A stretch of DNA of 34,989 nt from NCBI GenBank assembly GCA_050331215.1, contig JBHJHB010000117.1:64001-98989 (forward strand), written 5' to 3'. Every line of letters starts with the position of its first letter. The first letter of the stretch is position 1. The position numbers and the translations under genes are program-made. This DNA comes from Sandaracinaceae bacterium. Its GTDB lineage: Bacteria > Myxococcota_A > Polyangia > Polyangiales > Sandaracinaceae. The notes under the pieces were generated by a model. It was given only the letters and a program-made list of their open reading frames with translations, had not been told where the DNA came from and made no database searches. Below are positions 32,163 to 34,989 of this stretch, piece after piece.

Positions 32163-34526
32163 TCAGAGGAGCTCCTCGCAGCCCGGGAGGATGTAGTCGA
32201 TCCGCTCGAGCTGGCGACAGAGCGCAGCGTCGATCCGTGCCCCCTCCCCCGGCACCACGGGTGCCTCCTCCTCCGTACCGGCCTCGAGCCACGCGCCGCG
32301 GTCCGCCGCCCCGAGGTACTGCCCGATCAGCCCGCGGAGGTAGCGAGTCGCGACCGGGTGGACCGAGCCGTCGTCGATCTGGTTCTGCTCGCCGGGATCG
32401 GCCTGGAGGTTGAACAGCGACCACGTGAGGTTGCCGCGAACGACGAGCTTGAAGCCGGCGCCCGTGACCACTCGCCGGTCGTCGAGCTTGTCGCTGAAGG
32501 CGACCGCGGGCCCGGGCCGCGGCACCCCACGGGCCATCGACAGCAGGCTGCGACCCTCGAAGGCCTCGGGCGCGGCCACGTTGAGGGCCTCGAGGACCGT
32601 CGGGGCGATGTCGAGGGTGCTGACGGTCGGGGCGAGCCGACCCGTCGGGATGACGCCCGGCCACCTCAGCAGCAACGGCACGTGGAGCAGCTCCTGGTAG
32701 ACGCTGTGGCCATGCCCCCAGCTCCCGTGCTCGTGAAACTCTTCCCCGTGGTCGCTCGTGATCACGAAGAGCACCTGCTCCCGGAGGCCGAGCTCGGCGA
32801 GACGCTCGAGGAAGGGCCCGAAGTGCCGGTCGTGGTACGTGATCTCCCCGTCGTGGAGGGCCTCGAGGCGCTCCCGGTCCCGCGGCGTGAAGTAGCCCTC
32901 CCCCTCCGTCTTGGCCTCACCGAGCTGGTGGCCCGTCCGGCGCGGCCGCACCCGGCCCTCGTAGGGCGCGGCGTCGTACAACGCGAGCAGGTCCTCCGGC
33001 GGGTCGTAGGGGACGTGGGGGTCGATCGTCTGGATGTACGCGAAGAACCGCTCCTCCCGATGGGCCTCGATCCACCGCAAGGCCTCACCGAACACACGCT
33101 CCGCTTCTGTCCTCCGCTCCTCGCGAATGTAGTTCGTGTAGTGGTCCCACCCCTGGTCGAAGCCGAAGCGGTCCGACACGTAGCCGTTGGCGATGAAGCT
33201 GCCGGTCGCGAACCCCTCGCCGTCGAGCACCTCGCTCAGCATCAGCACCCGGTCGGGGAGGCGGCTGGTGTCCGATTTGGTCCGGTGGCTCATCGGGCTC
33301 AGGGACGCGAGGACCGAGGCGACCGCCGGCTTCGTCCAGTTCTCCGGCGACTGCGCGCGCTCGAACAGCGCCCCCTCTGCCGCGAAGGCGTCGAGGGCCG
33401 GCGTCTGAACGCGGCTGTCCGGGTTGTAGGCCTGGAGCTTCGACGCCCGGAGCGTGTCGATCAGGAGCAGGATGACGCTCGCCGCCGGCGCCTCGGGTGG
33501 CGGCGGCTCCTCCGCGCGTGGCACGAGCACCGTCGGCGCGGCGAAGGCGCCGCGCCCGGCGCCCTCCACCTCGAGCTCGAGGCGTACGACCTGACCGGCG
33601 AGCTCATCGAGCGGCAGCAGCCGGGGTGACCAGCTCTCCGTCAGCGGCTCGCGGAGGAGCTCCCGCTCCTGCCCTCCCTCCGGCCGAACCCGGATGGCGG
33701 CGCTCAGGCTCGCCCCGCGCACCTTGCCGAGCGACAGCGCGAGGTCCGCGTCTGGCGGGACCTCGAGGTACGAGCGAAGCCGGGTTCCCCCACCGAGGAC
33801 GAGGGCTCGCCGCGCCTCGCCGCCGACCTCCACCTCCCGCACGAGGTCCCGGGCGAGCGGCGCGGGAGGCGGGTCGGCGGGGGGGGCACCGCGGAACGCC
33901 CAGAGCGCGTCCACCTCGCAGGCCACCCCGTCCTGCGCCACGTTCGGGGCGCGCACCCGGACCACGTTCTCGCCGGCGTGGGTCAGCTCGGCCTCGACGG
34001 GGACGTCGACGTCGGTCGGCGCGCCTGCCGCCAGGGTGACCTCCCCGGCCGTCCGGCCGTTCACGTAGACGACCAGACGTCTCGCCTGGACCGGCCGCAG
34101 CCGGAACCGCAGCGTGAGCGGCCCGGCTGCGTCGAGGGTGAGGAACACCCGCGCGTCGGGCCCCATCCGCGTGAAGTCGCGCCCGTCGCTCGCGACGTCG
34201 CGGCCCCAGCCGCTGTGCCAGCGACCCATCGTCGCGTGGTGCCGGGCGGGCGTGCCGAAGTCGATGTACAGGCCACCCCGATCGCCGTCGGCGAGGTGGG
34301 CATGGGCCATCAGGTCGAGGTGAGTGCGGCTCGACGCGAGGGCCTCGCGGACCGGGTCGACCGGCGGCTCGGCGGGCGCCTCCGACCGCTCGACGGCCTC
34401 GGCCGGCTCCGGCTCCGGGGGCGCTGCCGAGGGGGGCTCTGCCGGCTCGCCGCCGCAGGCGGTCAGGCACGCCACGGCGAGGAAGGAGAGGACCGCGGTC
34501 CGGGTCTCGTGCCCGCGTCGCTTCAT
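32163..34526 (-). CDS. Sulfatase-like hydrolase/transferase (alkaline-phosphatase superfamily) lipoprotein with an about 340-aa N-terminal extension
   Basis: The signal and lipobox are MKRRGHETRTAVLSFLAVACLTA|CGG (ATG 34526; the alternative ATG is 34562). The sulfatase-fold core spans ILLLIDTLRASKL...TSDHGEEFHEHGSWGHGHS. I could not find a canonical C/S-x-P-x-R formylglycine motif. Confidence 0.75.
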   Translation of the reverse strand: MKRRGHETRTAVLSFLAVACLTACGGEPAEPPSAAPPEPEPAEAVERSEAPAEPPVDPVREALASSRTHLDLMAHAHLADGDRGGLYIDFGTPARHHATMGRWHSGWGRDVASDGRDFTRMGPDARVFLTLDAAGPLTLRFRLRPVQARRLVVYVNGRTAGEVTLAAGAPTDVDVPVEAELTHAGENVVRVRAPNVAQDGVACEVDALWAFRGAPPADPPPAPLARDLVREVEVGGEARRALVLGGGTRLRSYLEVPPDADLALSLGKVRGASLSAAIRVRPEGGQERELLREPLTESWSPRLLPLDELAGQVVRLELEVEGAGRGAFAAPTVLVPRAEEPPPPEAPAASVILLLIDTLRASKLQAYNPDSRVQTPALDAFAAEGALFERAQSPENWTKPAVASVLASLSPMSHRTKSDTSRLPDRVLMLSEVLDGEGFATGSFIANGYVSDRFGFDQGWDHYTNYIREERRTEAERVFGEALRWIEAHREERFFAYIQTIDPHVPYDPPEDLLALYDAAPYEGRVRPRRTGHQLGEAKTEGEGYFTPRDRERLEALHDGEITYHDRHFGPFLERLAELGLREQVLFVITSDHGEEFHEHGSWGHGHSVYQELLHVPLLLRWPGVIPTGRLAPTVSTLDIAPTVLEALNVAAPEAFEGRSLLSMARGVPRPGPAVAFSDKLDDRRVVTGAGFKLVVRGNLTWSLFNLQADPGEQNQIDDGSVHPVATRYLRGLIGQYLGAADRGAWLEAGTEEEAPVVPGEGARIDAALCRQLERIDYILPGCEELL

Positions 34527-34710
34527 GGCCGCGAAGATGCCGGATGGGATGCGCGTGCGCATCCCGCGAGCCGAAGGATGCGCGCAGACGAGGGATGCTT
34601 CGAGGGCGGCGGATGCGCGCGGGCGGGGTGGCCGCGGGCTCCGTCGCGAGAGTCGAGCCTCAGGAACCGAACGAGCGCCGATGTTCGTACGAGCCGATGT
34701 TCGGGGATTG

Positions 34711-34810
34711 TAAACCGTACTCGATGTTCAGGAACCGTAAACCGTACTAACCGGAAACCGTACTGGTAACCGTACTAACCGGAAACCGGTACTAACCGGA
34801 AACCGTACTG
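34711..34810. repeat. Direct-repeat array: about 7 copies of AACCG(G)TACT, with higher-order unit (T)AACCGGAAACCGTACT, preceded by three GATGTTC copies
   Basis: Read directly from the sequence: ...taaaccgtactcgatgttcaggaaccgtaaaccgtactaaccggaaaccgtactggtaaccgtactaaccggaaaccggtactaaccggaaaccgtactgg. The array is AT-richer than its surroundings and lies 150-280 bp upstream of the sulfatase-like gene start (minus strand). Confidence 0.8.
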
Positions 34811-34989
34811 GGTGAGGTCTTATCGGCCCACACTTATCAGCGGTGAACCCTCGGCGGCCTCTCGTCGGCGGCGGTCCCGCCGCCGTCCGCCGCCACCTCG
34901 CCGATTCCGGGCCCCTGAACCACACCTGAAGCACAGCCTCGGCGTCCGGCATGGCCCGTGCCCCGCGCCGAAGGGTGGGTCACCCCAAC

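Noticed and set aside
34950-34989. Possible start of another plus-strand gene (ATGGCCCGTGCCCCGCGC...) at the window edge
   Set aside because: Only 13 codons are visible, so I cannot distinguish it from a chance open frame.

Overview
This is a very high-GC (about 70%+) and densely coding Gram-negative chromosomal segment. TonB-dependent receptor, lipoboxes, eukaryotic-like Ser/Thr kinase with PP2C, and roadblock/LC7 proteins together suggest a Myxococcota-like genome. This is my inference, not a database result.

I can support about 30 protein-coding genes from diagnostic motifs in the ORF-track translations plus start/stop inspection.
- Housekeeping and stress genes: partial Nu-class GST translationally coupled to an aldehyde dehydrogenase, AlkB-like dioxygenase, SDR, MsrA, EamA/DMT transporter, MFS transporter, Rieske protein, M28 lipoprotein peptidase, NAD-dependent DNA ligase LigA, alpha/beta hydrolase, amidohydrolase/D-aminoacylase, sulfatase-like lipoprotein.
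- A minus-strand four-gene operon: DUF4856-like lipoprotein, imelysin-like lipoprotein, HTTM (vitamin-K-carboxylase-like) membrane protein, and a TonB-dependent receptor. A Fur-box-like AT-rich operator lies in its promoter.
- A Ser/Thr kinase (zinc-ribbon, TM, extracellular domain) with PP2C phosphatase, and two tandem roadblock/LC7-like genes downstream of ligA.
- Several hypothetical proteins.

Non-coding observations: a 76-bp element fills one convergent intergenic gap and recurs, inverted and with a ~90-bp internal insertion, in another gap 15 kb away. It has CTAG(G/T)CACC terminal inverted repeats, so it looks like a MITE/REP-like family. There is an array of about 7 direct 'AACCGTACT' repeats upstream of the sulfatase-like gene, a 16-bp perfect palindrome plus an adjacent inverted repeat upstream of the D-aminoacylase, and in-frame tandem DNA repeats encoding an acidic low-complexity N-terminal extension of the TonB receptor.

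I found no rRNA, tRNA or CRISPR. Many very long ORFs in the six-frame track are high-GC artefacts that overlap real genes, and I rejected them.
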